A DNA stretch of 46,554 bases from a virus, in the IMG/VR virus record IMGVR_UViG_3300045988_054487, one strand, 5' to 3'. Positions 36,259 through 45,184 of the stretch are shown piece by piece. Made by a program: the position numbers and the translations under genes. Below the pieces are notes generated by a model. The model made no database searches, had not been told where the DNA came from, and saw nothing but the letters and a program-made list of their open reading frames with translations. The first letter of the stretch is position 1; every line of letters begins with the position of its first letter.

Positions 36259-38712
36259 TTGAAAGATTTAGTGTTATCAAATAGAAATTTCACATTTCAA
36301 GAGTTAATAGTCGACTATAACCTAGAGTCGCTATCTATTGAATACAGTTTAAACGATAACAGAGGGATAACTTTTGAAATTCCTAAAACAAAAAGAAATG
36401 CCTTTTTATACGACAAGATATTACCTGATATGCTTTTAATTTGGGAAGATCAATATTACACAATTATCACATCAGACGAAGCAGCTTCAGGAAATCAACG
36501 TACAAAAACAGTAGAAGCTAAGCATATTTTTATGGAGTCACAATATATCTACATTGAAAGAGATTTATCAAAAGACAAAATAAACGAAGATGTTGAAGAT
36601 ATAGAAACAGACGATAATGGCGTTGTCAAAGATAAAAAGAAAAAGAAACCTAACGAAGATGTTTCCGACAGCATAGCAGATAGTAATATAGATGTTGTAG
36701 CAGATAAGATATATAAATTCTTAATTAATAAAGGTATGGCCAAGTATCAAATATATGGGATATTAGGTAACGCAAAAGCAGAAAGTGGAATGAACCCTGC
36801 CGCTGAACAAGTCGAGGGAGATCCTGACAGAGGTGGTAAAGGTCTATTTCAATGGGACGATAGAAAGTACAACTTATATAAATTCGCTGAAAATAACAAC
36901 ACAACATGGCAAGATCCTGACGTGCAGTTAAAATTCATGTGGAGTGAATTAAATTCTACAGAAGCGTATGCAATGAAGAAACTGGAAGCTACAAACAACA
37001 CAAGAGAAGCAGCACTAGCATTTCATAGATATTTCGAACGTAGTGCAGATGACGCAAAGAAAGAGAAACGACGTGTCACTTACGCTTTAGAATATAGAGA
37101 TATGTTCGAAGATAGTGACAATAGCCCTGATGAAGTAGCTAATAGTGATTGGTTGGATATTAGCAAAGGTATTAATTACGGTTTCGGACAGGGTGGCGCA
37201 TATGAACAAGAAACTGGCGTCGCAAGACATGACGGTATTGATTTAAATTACGTATACGATCCCGTTTATTCTGTTATCAAAGGTTTAGTCAAAGTCGGTT
37301 GGGATCCTAGAGGATATGGAAACTATGTAATGATAAGTGACGGTGCTGGCTTAGATGTTATATACGGACATTTAAGCGAAGTACACGTCACAACCAATCA
37401 ACAAGTTGTACCCGGTACACCGTTAGGAATAAGTGGTAACACTGGTTTCAGTACAGGACCGCACTTACATTTTGAAATGAGAAAAAACGGTGTTGCGTTT
37501 GATCCTATGAATTGGATTAGATCAAATAAAGGGGGTACTATTTCTGACGATGATATGACTAATACTGGTGCTACTGAAGATGCCAAAGACCTTTACAGTG
37601 TAGACTCATACTTAGATTATGGCTTTAAAAACAATAAAGCTGGTTTCACTTATGAAATAGTTGGGGATTTCCCTGACTTTAAAGCTATAGATAAGATAGG
37701 GGATAAAAATTTATTACAACACATTGTCGACGGTGCGAACGTTTTCGGTTATATCTATTATGCCGATAACAAGAACATCAAGATATACGATAAAGCTACA
37801 TTCTACAAATTCGAAAACTACCCTATTGTCTTTAAATATAATAGTGATGATTTGCAAGTTAAAACCAATATCACAGATTTAGAAACATTTATAAGAGGAT
37901 ATGGTGGCAAGAAGAATACGAGCGACACTAAAAACTACAATCCAATAAGAAATAAAGATTTAAAGTTAAAAGGTAACTTCAATAAAAAAGGAACATGGAA
38001 CACTGAAGAAATTGGATCATATTATGAAAGTGACTTCGTAGCTAAATACGGAAATGAAACACTACAATGGAATTTGAAAAAAGGTAAACAGGGCGGAACT
38101 GTTACTGTTTACTTAGACGGAGAAAAAGTCAACAGCTTCAATCAATATAATGAAGAGGCTAGTACAGATAAAGTTATACTCAAACGTGGATTAGAAAAAG
38201 GAGAGCATAACATAAAAGTTGAATTTTCCGGCGCTTCTAATGGTGTTGACTATGAAGAAAAGAAACCCGTCATGTATGTTCAAACTAATAAAAGCGATGT
38301 ATTTAATTTAACTGCAGTTTTAAGTGGTAAAGAGGTTTACAACTTCTACGCAGAATACAAATCGCCGCTATACGACACATATACACCAAGAGAAGCGCCT
38401 ACAGTCTATGAAGATAGTGTGAAAAGCGAAGATGAATTGAAAAAGATAATAAAAGAAAAAATAAAGGAAGAGCCAACAGTTGAAGTATCAACGAACTATC
38501 TAAGTTATGATAAAATAGAAGCTAACAGTAAGGTTAGGCTAGTGCATAAGGAAATGGGCTTTAATACCGATTTAGAAGTCGTGGAACTTAAAAAAGGACA
38601 CCCTCGCGTAAACAAACCGGTAGAGGTTACATTCACAAATAACAGAACAGATATATTAAAATATCAACGTGCATTAAACCAAGCTGTTAGAAAAATGGAA
38701 TTAGGAGGGTAA
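36259..38712 (+). CDS. Tail-associated lysin / tail endopeptidase (Tal) carrying a lysozyme-like 'phage tail lysozyme' domain (about 36700-37080) and an M23 peptidase domain (about 37200-37530)
   Basis: Lysozyme-like domain …ILGNAKAESGMNPAA…GKGLFQWD…. M23 domain GIDLNY…YGHLS…GTPLGISGNTGFSTGPHLHFE. TTG start with RBS GGAGG. Confidence 0.75.
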   Translation: MKDLVLSNRNFTFQELIVDYNLESLSIEYSLNDNRGITFEIPKTKRNAFLYDKILPDMLLIWEDQYYTIITSDEAASGNQRTKTVEAKHIFMESQYIYIERDLSKDKINEDVEDIETDDNGVVKDKKKKKPNEDVSDSIADSNIDVVADKIYKFLINKGMAKYQIYGILGNAKAESGMNPAAEQVEGDPDRGGKGLFQWDDRKYNLYKFAENNNTTWQDPDVQLKFMWSELNSTEAYAMKKLEATNNTREAALAFHRYFERSADDAKKEKRRVTYALEYRDMFEDSDNSPDEVANSDWLDISKGINYGFGQGGAYEQETGVARHDGIDLNYVYDPVYSVIKGLVKVGWDPRGYGNYVMISDGAGLDVIYGHLSEVHVTTNQQVVPGTPLGISGNTGFSTGPHLHFEMRKNGVAFDPMNWIRSNKGGTISDDDMTNTGATEDAKDLYSVDSYLDYGFKNNKAGFTYEIVGDFPDFKAIDKIGDKNLLQHIVDGANVFGYIYYADNKNIKIYDKATFYKFENYPIVFKYNSDDLQVKTNITDLETFIRGYGGKKNTSDTKNYNPIRNKDLKLKGNFNKKGTWNTEEIGSYYESDFVAKYGNETLQWNLKKGKQGGTVTVYLDGEKVNSFNQYNEEASTDKVILKRGLEKGEHNIKVEFSGASNGVDYEEKKPVMYVQTNKSDVFNLTAVLSGKEVYNFYAEYKSPLYDTYTPREAPTVYEDSVKSEDELKKIIKEKIKEEPTVEVSTNYLSYDKIEANSKVRLVHKEMGFNTDLEVVELKKGHPRVNKPVEVTFTNNRTDILKYQRALNQAVRKMELGG

Positions 38713-38714
38713 CA

Positions 38715-41336
38715 ATGCAACTATTCACTATGCCCGTTGAATTGGGGCAAGAATTTAGAAAGGTAACCATTATTAATTTTAGAGATATTGTTTTCGAAAT
38801 TAATAAAGGTAAGGTCGCGTTAAACGATCATAAAAACAAAGACAAAGTGGCACATAAAAGTAAACAAATTTCCCACTTTGACAAAGATTTAGAAACAATT
38901 TTAATCAATTTCAAAAAACGATTAGAGTCTCACATCATAGGTGCAAATGGCGACGGTATAGCAGAGCTTACTGATAGCCGAGTATCTAGGGACGGAAAAA
39001 GATTTAATATTTTCAATGACCGTATTGATTACGAATTCCAGCAAACGGAAAAGTTATTCGAACAAAAGTATAAAGAAGTCTATGGTTTGGCTACTCGTCT
39101 AAGAAATGTAAATGACTTTGGTGCTGATCCAACAGGAGAAAAAGATAGTACGGAAGCCTTTGAAAAAGCGTTCGAAAACGGTGGCTATCATGTACATATG
39201 ACTGAAGGTACTTATAAAGTAAGAGGTATTAAATTGCCTAGTAACTCAATTTTAAGTGGGGAAGGCAAAGGCGTTACAACTATTAAAATGAATGATGACG
39301 CCCCTCAAGAAAATATTGTCATTACAAATAGAGATGTAGACGGAACAGCTAAAAACATCACTGTTAAAGACTTTAGTATCAATGGTAATAAGTTCAGACA
39401 AGAAGGCACATTAAAAGCTGCTGGCGGCTCACGTTCAAGTAACTTACGCTATGCAGGTGTTACTAATGGATATATTTATAACATCGAAAGTTATGACGCA
39501 CTATTACATGGTATAGACGTTACATACGCGTCTGATGATTACTTCTATGAAGGAGATAACGTACGTGTTGAGGAGCAATTAGAAAGTAACTTCATTCATA
39601 TCGACAACTGCGAAACGTACGGTTTCGGAGACGACGGTATTACAACACACCACTCTAAATTCTTAAATATCACAAACAACTATTCACACCACCCTACAGG
39701 TGGAGGTAATAATAACGGTATCGAAATAGATGACGGTTCAAGATATGTGATGTTAAGTGGTAATACAACAAAACAAAACTTTGGTGGACTTGAAATCAAA
39801 GCGCATGGTACAGCTACAGCGCCAAGTGGCGTGTTTGTTAACAACCATTTATCTATTGAAGATACAAGAAGTTATAACGTTAGACACATAGGACATCACA
39901 GAGCCGCAACAGATGTTAAGAGTAAATCAGCTCATGACGTTGTGCTTAATAACATTACATCTATTTATCCATACGCAAACAATACATATGAAAATGTTAC
40001 GCCTAGAGCGTTAGTTATTAGTGCTTATGACGGTGTCGTATGTAACAACGTAACATGCATAGGCGACGGACGTTTCCAAGCAGGCCAACCAGCAATAGCA
40101 GTTCAATTTATGAGCCAAAACATTGTCATTAGTAACGTGAACATCACAGGCTTCAAAAACGCTATGGCAGACATGAAAGTATTCGGTGGCAATAACGGTG
40201 GTAATAAAATCAAATTTGCTAACGTTAACATTCACGACTCATCTGTGAATATTGGTATTGCAGGTGGTGCAGGTGTCGAAGGCTTTGGTATTTATAACGC
40301 TAACTTAACTGGATCCGGTAAAGGTAACGGAATAGAACTATACAACCACTACGCAGAAATTGTAGGTGTTGACGCAGTTAACTATGAATACGCAGCAGAC
40401 ATCGCCGGCAACAAATACGAAGTAGTGCCAACATATATGAATGGTGGCGCAAGTATAGCTTCAACAGGTAGTGGTGCAATTTCTGAAAGAAGTGCCGTTT
40501 TAGCTTCTAGTAACGGAACATTCGCATACGACAAAAACTCATTTGTCATTGCGTCTAATATGGGATCAGAGGCTTACGGATCACGTTCAGGTGTTATTAA
40601 TTCATCTAATTCAAGAACTAAAAAAGATGGTTTCGCACAAACAATAATGAACTCAAGAAGTGTCGAGTCATTAGGTAATTATCATTTCCAAATGGGTTAT
40701 GGCGAAGATGAAAAACCTAAAGCCTCAAACACTAAATTCGATGTATCTGCATTTAGCGGTAATGTAAGAACAGCAGGATATTTAAAATCAGGCCAAGACA
40801 TCGGGGATATTGGCGAGTATTTTGAAAGCAAAACTGGAGAGAAAATCGAAAACGGTTATATTGTAACCTTAGAAGGTCGCTACATTAGAAAAGCTGGTCC
40901 AGATGATGAGCCATTAGGTATCGTTTCAGGTACAGCCGCATTAGTTATGGGGGATCAATTATTCCACCATAAATCTAAATATAAAAAAGACGAATTCGGT
41001 GTTGTTATAAAATCTGTTCAAATGGTTGAAAATGTAGATGATGAAGGAAACATACACCGCGAACTTGTAGAGTTACCAGTCGTTAATGAAGATTACGACA
41101 ATCAAAACGAAGAAGATTACATTCCTAGATCACAACGAGATGAATGGTGCGTTGTTGGTATCAATGGTCAAATTTATACAAGAATAGATGAAACTGTTGA
41201 AAACGGCGACAAAATAACTGCCATGAGAGGTGTAGGAACAAAAGACAATGCTAATGGCTATTATTACGTCGAAGAAATCACTACACCATACGACGCAGAA
41301 AAAGGTTACGGAGTAGCATTAGTATTCGTTAAATAG
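38715..41336 (+). CDS. Tail fibre / receptor-binding protein with pectate-lyase-like right-handed beta-helix domain
   Basis: Segment NDFGADPTGEKDSTEAFEKAFENGG…, typical of pectin-lyase-fold phage tail proteins; Gly/Asn-rich beta-helical repeats (NVNI, NITG…). Confidence 0.55.
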   Translation: MQLFTMPVELGQEFRKVTIINFRDIVFEINKGKVALNDHKNKDKVAHKSKQISHFDKDLETILINFKKRLESHIIGANGDGIAELTDSRVSRDGKRFNIFNDRIDYEFQQTEKLFEQKYKEVYGLATRLRNVNDFGADPTGEKDSTEAFEKAFENGGYHVHMTEGTYKVRGIKLPSNSILSGEGKGVTTIKMNDDAPQENIVITNRDVDGTAKNITVKDFSINGNKFRQEGTLKAAGGSRSSNLRYAGVTNGYIYNIESYDALLHGIDVTYASDDYFYEGDNVRVEEQLESNFIHIDNCETYGFGDDGITTHHSKFLNITNNYSHHPTGGGNNNGIEIDDGSRYVMLSGNTTKQNFGGLEIKAHGTATAPSGVFVNNHLSIEDTRSYNVRHIGHHRAATDVKSKSAHDVVLNNITSIYPYANNTYENVTPRALVISAYDGVVCNNVTCIGDGRFQAGQPAIAVQFMSQNIVISNVNITGFKNAMADMKVFGGNNGGNKIKFANVNIHDSSVNIGIAGGAGVEGFGIYNANLTGSGKGNGIELYNHYAEIVGVDAVNYEYAADIAGNKYEVVPTYMNGGASIASTGSGAISERSAVLASSNGTFAYDKNSFVIASNMGSEAYGSRSGVINSSNSRTKKDGFAQTIMNSRSVESLGNYHFQMGYGEDEKPKASNTKFDVSAFSGNVRTAGYLKSGQDIGDIGEYFESKTGEKIENGYIVTLEGRYIRKAGPDDEPLGIVSGTAALVMGDQLFHHKSKYKKDEFGVVIKSVQMVENVDDEGNIHRELVELPVVNEDYDNQNEEDYIPRSQRDEWCVVGINGQIYTRIDETVENGDKITAMRGVGTKDNANGYYYVEEITTPYDAEKGYGVALVFVK

Positions 41337-41346
41337 GAGGTTAACA

Positions 41347-43482
41347 ATGGATATAGATATTAAAAAGAATGGCAAAGTACGTGTGTTAGATACACCGTAC
41401 TTTAAGCCAATCACACAAACAAATATTTCTTTTTCTAACATGGATATTGGAACTGCTAAAATAACTTTCGAATTATTAAAAAACAGTCTACCTTTACAAG
41501 TTAGCGAAAAGAATGTTGACGTTTATAGTTATTTAGAAAGTAAAAATGGCAGCAGCATAGAAGTACCATTACACTTTGAAGATCCTTTAAATGGTATCGT
41601 TAGTATGACAATAGACAAAGATTTCTTAGAAGCGTCTACAAATTCAACTGTAGAAGGTCAGCTTTATATAACGATGAATAAGAAAAATAAAACATACAAC
41701 GACTATTCAAACACTGTAGCATTACAAAAATTTAGTTTTGCAGTTGAGGACGCTTTAATTAATAAAATTAGTGGTAGCGATAAAATATTCTATATTAGAT
41801 CTTTCGACATTTTAAAATCAGAAATCAAAAATAAAATTTATGAAATGGAACAAGACATCGGCAAGATCGAAGAAGTGAAAAAAGAACTTGAAACACTATT
41901 TTATGAGATTAAAGAAGAAATCACTCAAATTAGAAAAGATACTATTAATCAATTGCAAAGTGAATATAAAGAGTATAGCGATTTATTAAATGATATACAT
42001 AATCAAGCATTAACCGATATTGATAATCGTACAAAAGTTTCACTTAATCAAATTGACAATAAAAAAGAAGAAGTCCTTCAATTATTAGAAGAAGGCGAAA
42101 TTATTACAAAATCAATGTTTGAAGAATACAAGTCAGACATTCAAGATCAACTAGACGAAGCATTATTGAAAAATCAAAATGAAATCAAATCATATAAAGA
42201 TGATCTTCAAAATACAATCGACAATTTAAATTGGCAAAAGCATAAATTAACAACTGACGAAGGCAACATCATTTCTGTTACTGACACTGTAGATATGAAT
42301 ACATTAAGCGGTTTAGATAAAACAGGATTTTATTACTGCTCAAACATCACAAATTCGCCTGACAGTGAAAGTACAACAGGTTATATAAACGTTTATAATC
42401 AAAGCTCTACTTTAGGATTTGCTTATTTCATAAATCAAGACGGTCAAACTATATATACCAACACTAAAAACAATGGTTCGTGGGGCGATTGGCAACCTAT
42501 AAGCAAAGATCAAATTGAAGATCTAGAATGGCAAAAATACAAATTAACCGAAGATAACGGGAATCGTGTTTCTTTAGGAACATTAGATAAGCCTGTAGAA
42601 AAACTTTCGGCTGGATATTACGAGTGTACTATACCGTCTAATTCAGAAGTGGTAAACGCGCCCTCCAACAATAGCGGAAGCTCATATTTAGCTGAAATAG
42701 ACGTCACAGTTGGGAATAGTGGTAGGAAACAAATACTTTTAATCCAAAGTTATACAAAAAATATATGGTTTAAGACTATACATACTAATGGTGCTGATAG
42801 AGGTTGGGTTTTAGTAAATAGGGATTACGAAAAAGATTTGGATTGGCAAAAATATAAAATGGTTGATGACAACGGAAAAAACTATACGGTAGATTGCAAA
42901 AATAATGGAACGACATTACATAATTTAGCTCCTAAACATTATTACCTTACTAATGTACCTGATCTACCAAGCGGAGTAGGGAAAGACGGTATGGCTTTAG
43001 TTATATCCGATAATACAGATAAAAATGGACGTATTATTTATTCTCCGCAATCCTCATCAGGTGTTTATATGAAGAACAAAGTTATGGGTAATTGGTCGCC
43101 ATTCGTTAAGGTTACAACTAACTACAGTTCTACTGGTTGGCAAGACTTGCCACTCACAAATGGTATACAAGAATATTCAAGTAGTTATACACCTCAATTC
43201 AAATTGGTAGAAATGAACGACATGATAATGTTCTCTTTAAGAGGTGCTATAAAAAATGTTACAAGCTCAAGACAAATGTTTGCGCAGATACCACCTTATA
43301 TACTAAGAAAGTTAGTGCCACCGCACCCTTATGTGCAATCGGGAAGCGTTAAAAACGGAGAAGCTACATTCGTTCGTTTAAGTATCGAAAGAAACGGAGA
43401 GGTCGGTATCATTGCATTTTCAAAACCTAATGAAATGAACGCGTCTGACTTTTATCCGATTGATACAACAATTGTTATTTAG
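41347..43482 (+). CDS. Tail fibre protein with coiled-coil shaft and three tandem ~100-aa C-terminal repeat domains
   Basis: Long heptad-rich region (aa 140-290), then three repeats each beginning (N/D)L(N/E/D)WQK(H/Y)K(L/M)(T/V).D.GN. Confidence 0.55.
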   Translation: MDIDIKKNGKVRVLDTPYFKPITQTNISFSNMDIGTAKITFELLKNSLPLQVSEKNVDVYSYLESKNGSSIEVPLHFEDPLNGIVSMTIDKDFLEASTNSTVEGQLYITMNKKNKTYNDYSNTVALQKFSFAVEDALINKISGSDKIFYIRSFDILKSEIKNKIYEMEQDIGKIEEVKKELETLFYEIKEEITQIRKDTINQLQSEYKEYSDLLNDIHNQALTDIDNRTKVSLNQIDNKKEEVLQLLEEGEIITKSMFEEYKSDIQDQLDEALLKNQNEIKSYKDDLQNTIDNLNWQKHKLTTDEGNIISVTDTVDMNTLSGLDKTGFYYCSNITNSPDSESTTGYINVYNQSSTLGFAYFINQDGQTIYTNTKNNGSWGDWQPISKDQIEDLEWQKYKLTEDNGNRVSLGTLDKPVEKLSAGYYECTIPSNSEVVNAPSNNSGSSYLAEIDVTVGNSGRKQILLIQSYTKNIWFKTIHTNGADRGWVLVNRDYEKDLDWQKYKMVDDNGKNYTVDCKNNGTTLHNLAPKHYYLTNVPDLPSGVGKDGMALVISDNTDKNGRIIYSPQSSSGVYMKNKVMGNWSPFVKVTTNYSSTGWQDLPLTNGIQEYSSSYTPQFKLVEMNDMIMFSLRGAIKNVTSSRQMFAQIPPYILRKLVPPHPYVQSGSVKNGEATFVRLSIERNGEVGIIAFSKPNEMNASDFYPIDTTIVI

Positions 43483-43495
43483 GAGGCAAAAAGAT

Positions 43496-43840
43496 ATGGC
43501 TATGGAATGGAAACAAGTATTTTTGTATGACGGAACACAAATACTTTTAAAACCTGATTTCTTTGGCAACTATGAATATCCGAAAGAAAAATGGACGGAT
43601 ATTAAACCACCTCAAGGAATTTATACACCGTTTCGTTTTGACGGTGAAAAGTGGATTGGTAGCACTAAAGAAGAATGGGAAGCAAGACAACCTAAAATAG
43701 AAATACCACCAAGCGAAGAGGAAGAACTTCATCTTGAACTTATAAAAACAAACATAGAACTAAAAAAAGAAGTTGCGCAACTCAATGAAGATGTAGCAAA
43801 TCTTGTAACAATGTTAGTTCAAAAGCAAGGAGGCAATTAA
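43496..43840 (+). CDS. Hypothetical protein (115 aa), tail/lysis-region associated
   Basis: ATG with RBS TAGGAGG. Confidence 0.4.
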   Translation: MAMEWKQVFLYDGTQILLKPDFFGNYEYPKEKWTDIKPPQGIYTPFRFDGEKWIGSTKEEWEARQPKIEIPPSEEEELHLELIKTNIELKKEVAQLNEDVANLVTMLVQKQGGN

Positions 43841-43841
43841 T

Positions 43842-43991
43842 ATGTATAGAACATTTAAAAGATTATGGAAAAAAGGACTTTTAGATGAAAAAACAGTGTA
43901 TGACGCAGTTGTGGTTGAGTTCATAACTGCCGAACAATACAAAGAAATAGTCGGAGAGGAATTTGTGCCGCCTAAAGACGATGAAGTGTAG
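43842..43991 (+). CDS. XkdX-family small phage protein (49 aa); below the track cut-off
   Basis: MYRTFKRLWKKGLLDEKTVYDAVVVEFITAEQYKEIVGE…; resembles the XkdX family pattern; RBS AAGGAGG. Confidence 0.45.
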   Translation: MYRTFKRLWKKGLLDEKTVYDAVVVEFITAEQYKEIVGEEFVPPKDDEV

Positions 43992-44001
43992 GAGGGGTAT
44001 T

Positions 44002-44439
44002 ATGAACAAATACTTTACACCGAACGATAAACTAGCTACCCTCTCTCTATTTGGCTTAGGCACATACAATGGTGCTAGAGGCTTTTTTTGGGTACTAAGT
44101 CAAGAAGTGGTGGTACACGATAGCAAATTCTATGTTGCTTTAAATGAATTCATGCCTATATGGATATGGGGCGTTATATTAATGATATTTGGCCTATGTT
44201 TAATACTCTCTAGTGTTTTATATAGTAGAACAGATATAAGCAACAAATCATATTATTTAATGACAATTGGAGGGTTTGGTTGTGGGGTTATGCAATTTTT
44301 AATGGCTTCAGCCAGTTTATACAACGCTATAAACTGGTTGACGCCAATAAACTTTACTATCTTAGCAGCGTGGTGTGGTTTTGTAGGCTATATAGGAGTG
44401 TTAGGAGTAAATGACAAACAACGATTTTCTAAAGATTAG
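44002..44439 (+). CDS. Membrane protein with four predicted TM helices (lysis-cassette associated)
   Basis: RBS GGAGGGG; four hydrophobic segments of about 22 aa. Confidence 0.45.
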   Translation: MNKYFTPNDKLATLSLFGLGTYNGARGFFWVLSQEVVVHDSKFYVALNEFMPIWIWGVILMIFGLCLILSSVLYSRTDISNKSYYLMTIGGFGCGVMQFLMASASLYNAINWLTPINFTILAAWCGFVGYIGVLGVNDKQRFSKD

Positions 44440-44809
44440 AGATTGGGAGTCGGAAAAAAGAGAAATACAAAAGCAAATAAACGAAGTTGACACAAAACAC
44501 ACCGAAAATTACAACAACTTAATCAACAGAATAGATGTACAAACAGTTGTACAACGTAATACATACGAGTCGCAAAAGAAATCTGAAAAGCATTTAGAAA
44601 AAATAAGCGAAAACATTAGCAGTGTTGGTACTAGAGTTACAAAACTTGAATTTGCTAACGAAACAAATGAAAAAGAGATAAAGAAAATGCAAACAACATT
44701 GGAAGAAAAAAGCAAAGGCAACACTAATATTATTGTCGCTTGGATAGGTGTTGTTGGTGTATTACTACCTTCACTAGTCCCTGTGTTTTCTAACTTATTT
44801 GATAAATAA
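44411..44809 (+). CDS. XhlA-like (hemolysin XhlA family) lysis-associated protein
   Basis: N-terminal coiled-coil and a single C-terminal TM (IIVAWIGVVGVLLPSLVPVF), the XhlA architecture; sits upstream of the holin. Confidence 0.5.
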   Translation: MTNNDFLKIRDWESEKREIQKQINEVDTKHTENYNNLINRIDVQTVVQRNTYESQKKSEKHLEKISENISSVGTRVTKLEFANETNEKEIKKMQTTLEEKSKGNTNIIVAWIGVVGVLLPSLVPVFSNLFDK

Positions 44810-44827
44810 AATGGAGGTGTTGAGTTT

Positions 44828-45097
44828 ATGAAACCTGATGTAGGTACAATAACTAGGGTTGTATTATTCATTTTAGCTTGGGTTAACCAAATACTAGCTA
44901 ATTATAATTTATCCCCTATAGAAGCAAGCGAAGAAAATATCAGTGACATTATCACTGGTGCAATTTCTGTTTGGGTATTATGGAAAAACAACAACTTTAC
45001 ACATGCTGCAAAAGAAGGACAACAAAAAATAAACGAGGTCAAATCCGGAAATAACAAACATACAGGTTCGCCCGTTATTGATGAGGAGGATTTATAA
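44828..45097 (+). CDS. Holin (SPP1-family type)
   Basis: Two TM segments (ITRVVLFILAWVNQILA; IITGAISVWVLW) and a charged C-terminus; immediately upstream of the endolysin. Confidence 0.65.
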   Translation: MKPDVGTITRVVLFILAWVNQILANYNLSPIEASEENISDIITGAISVWVLWKNNNFTHAAKEGQQKINEVKSGNNKHTGSPVIDEEDL

Positions 45098-45184
45098 TGA
45101 CTTCAATAAGAACATATAAACAAGCGTCGAAGTATCTAAAGTATATGGAGGGCAAAGCATGGAATCCAGATAGAGCATATGGAT
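45097..45184 (+). CDS. Endolysin exon 1 (29 codons + 1 nt), the N-terminus of the CHAP domain
   Basis: RBS GAGGAGGA 6 nt upstream; the ATG overlaps the holin stop (TAATG). It encodes MTSIRTYKQASKYLKYMEGKAWNPDRAYG, which is collinear with the phi11-type lysin N-terminus (…WLKTSEGKQFNVDLWYGF|QCFD…). Confidence 0.7.

Noticed and set aside
2295-44871. All remaining minus-strand ORFs of 60-120 aa in the track (for example 3176-3490, 4540-4809, 17592-17852, 19005-19316, 20123-20479, 44509-44871)
   Set aside because: Each is embedded antisense within a well-supported + strand gene. None has an RBS or a recognisable motif, and nowhere does a + strand gene leave a gap for a minus-strand gene.
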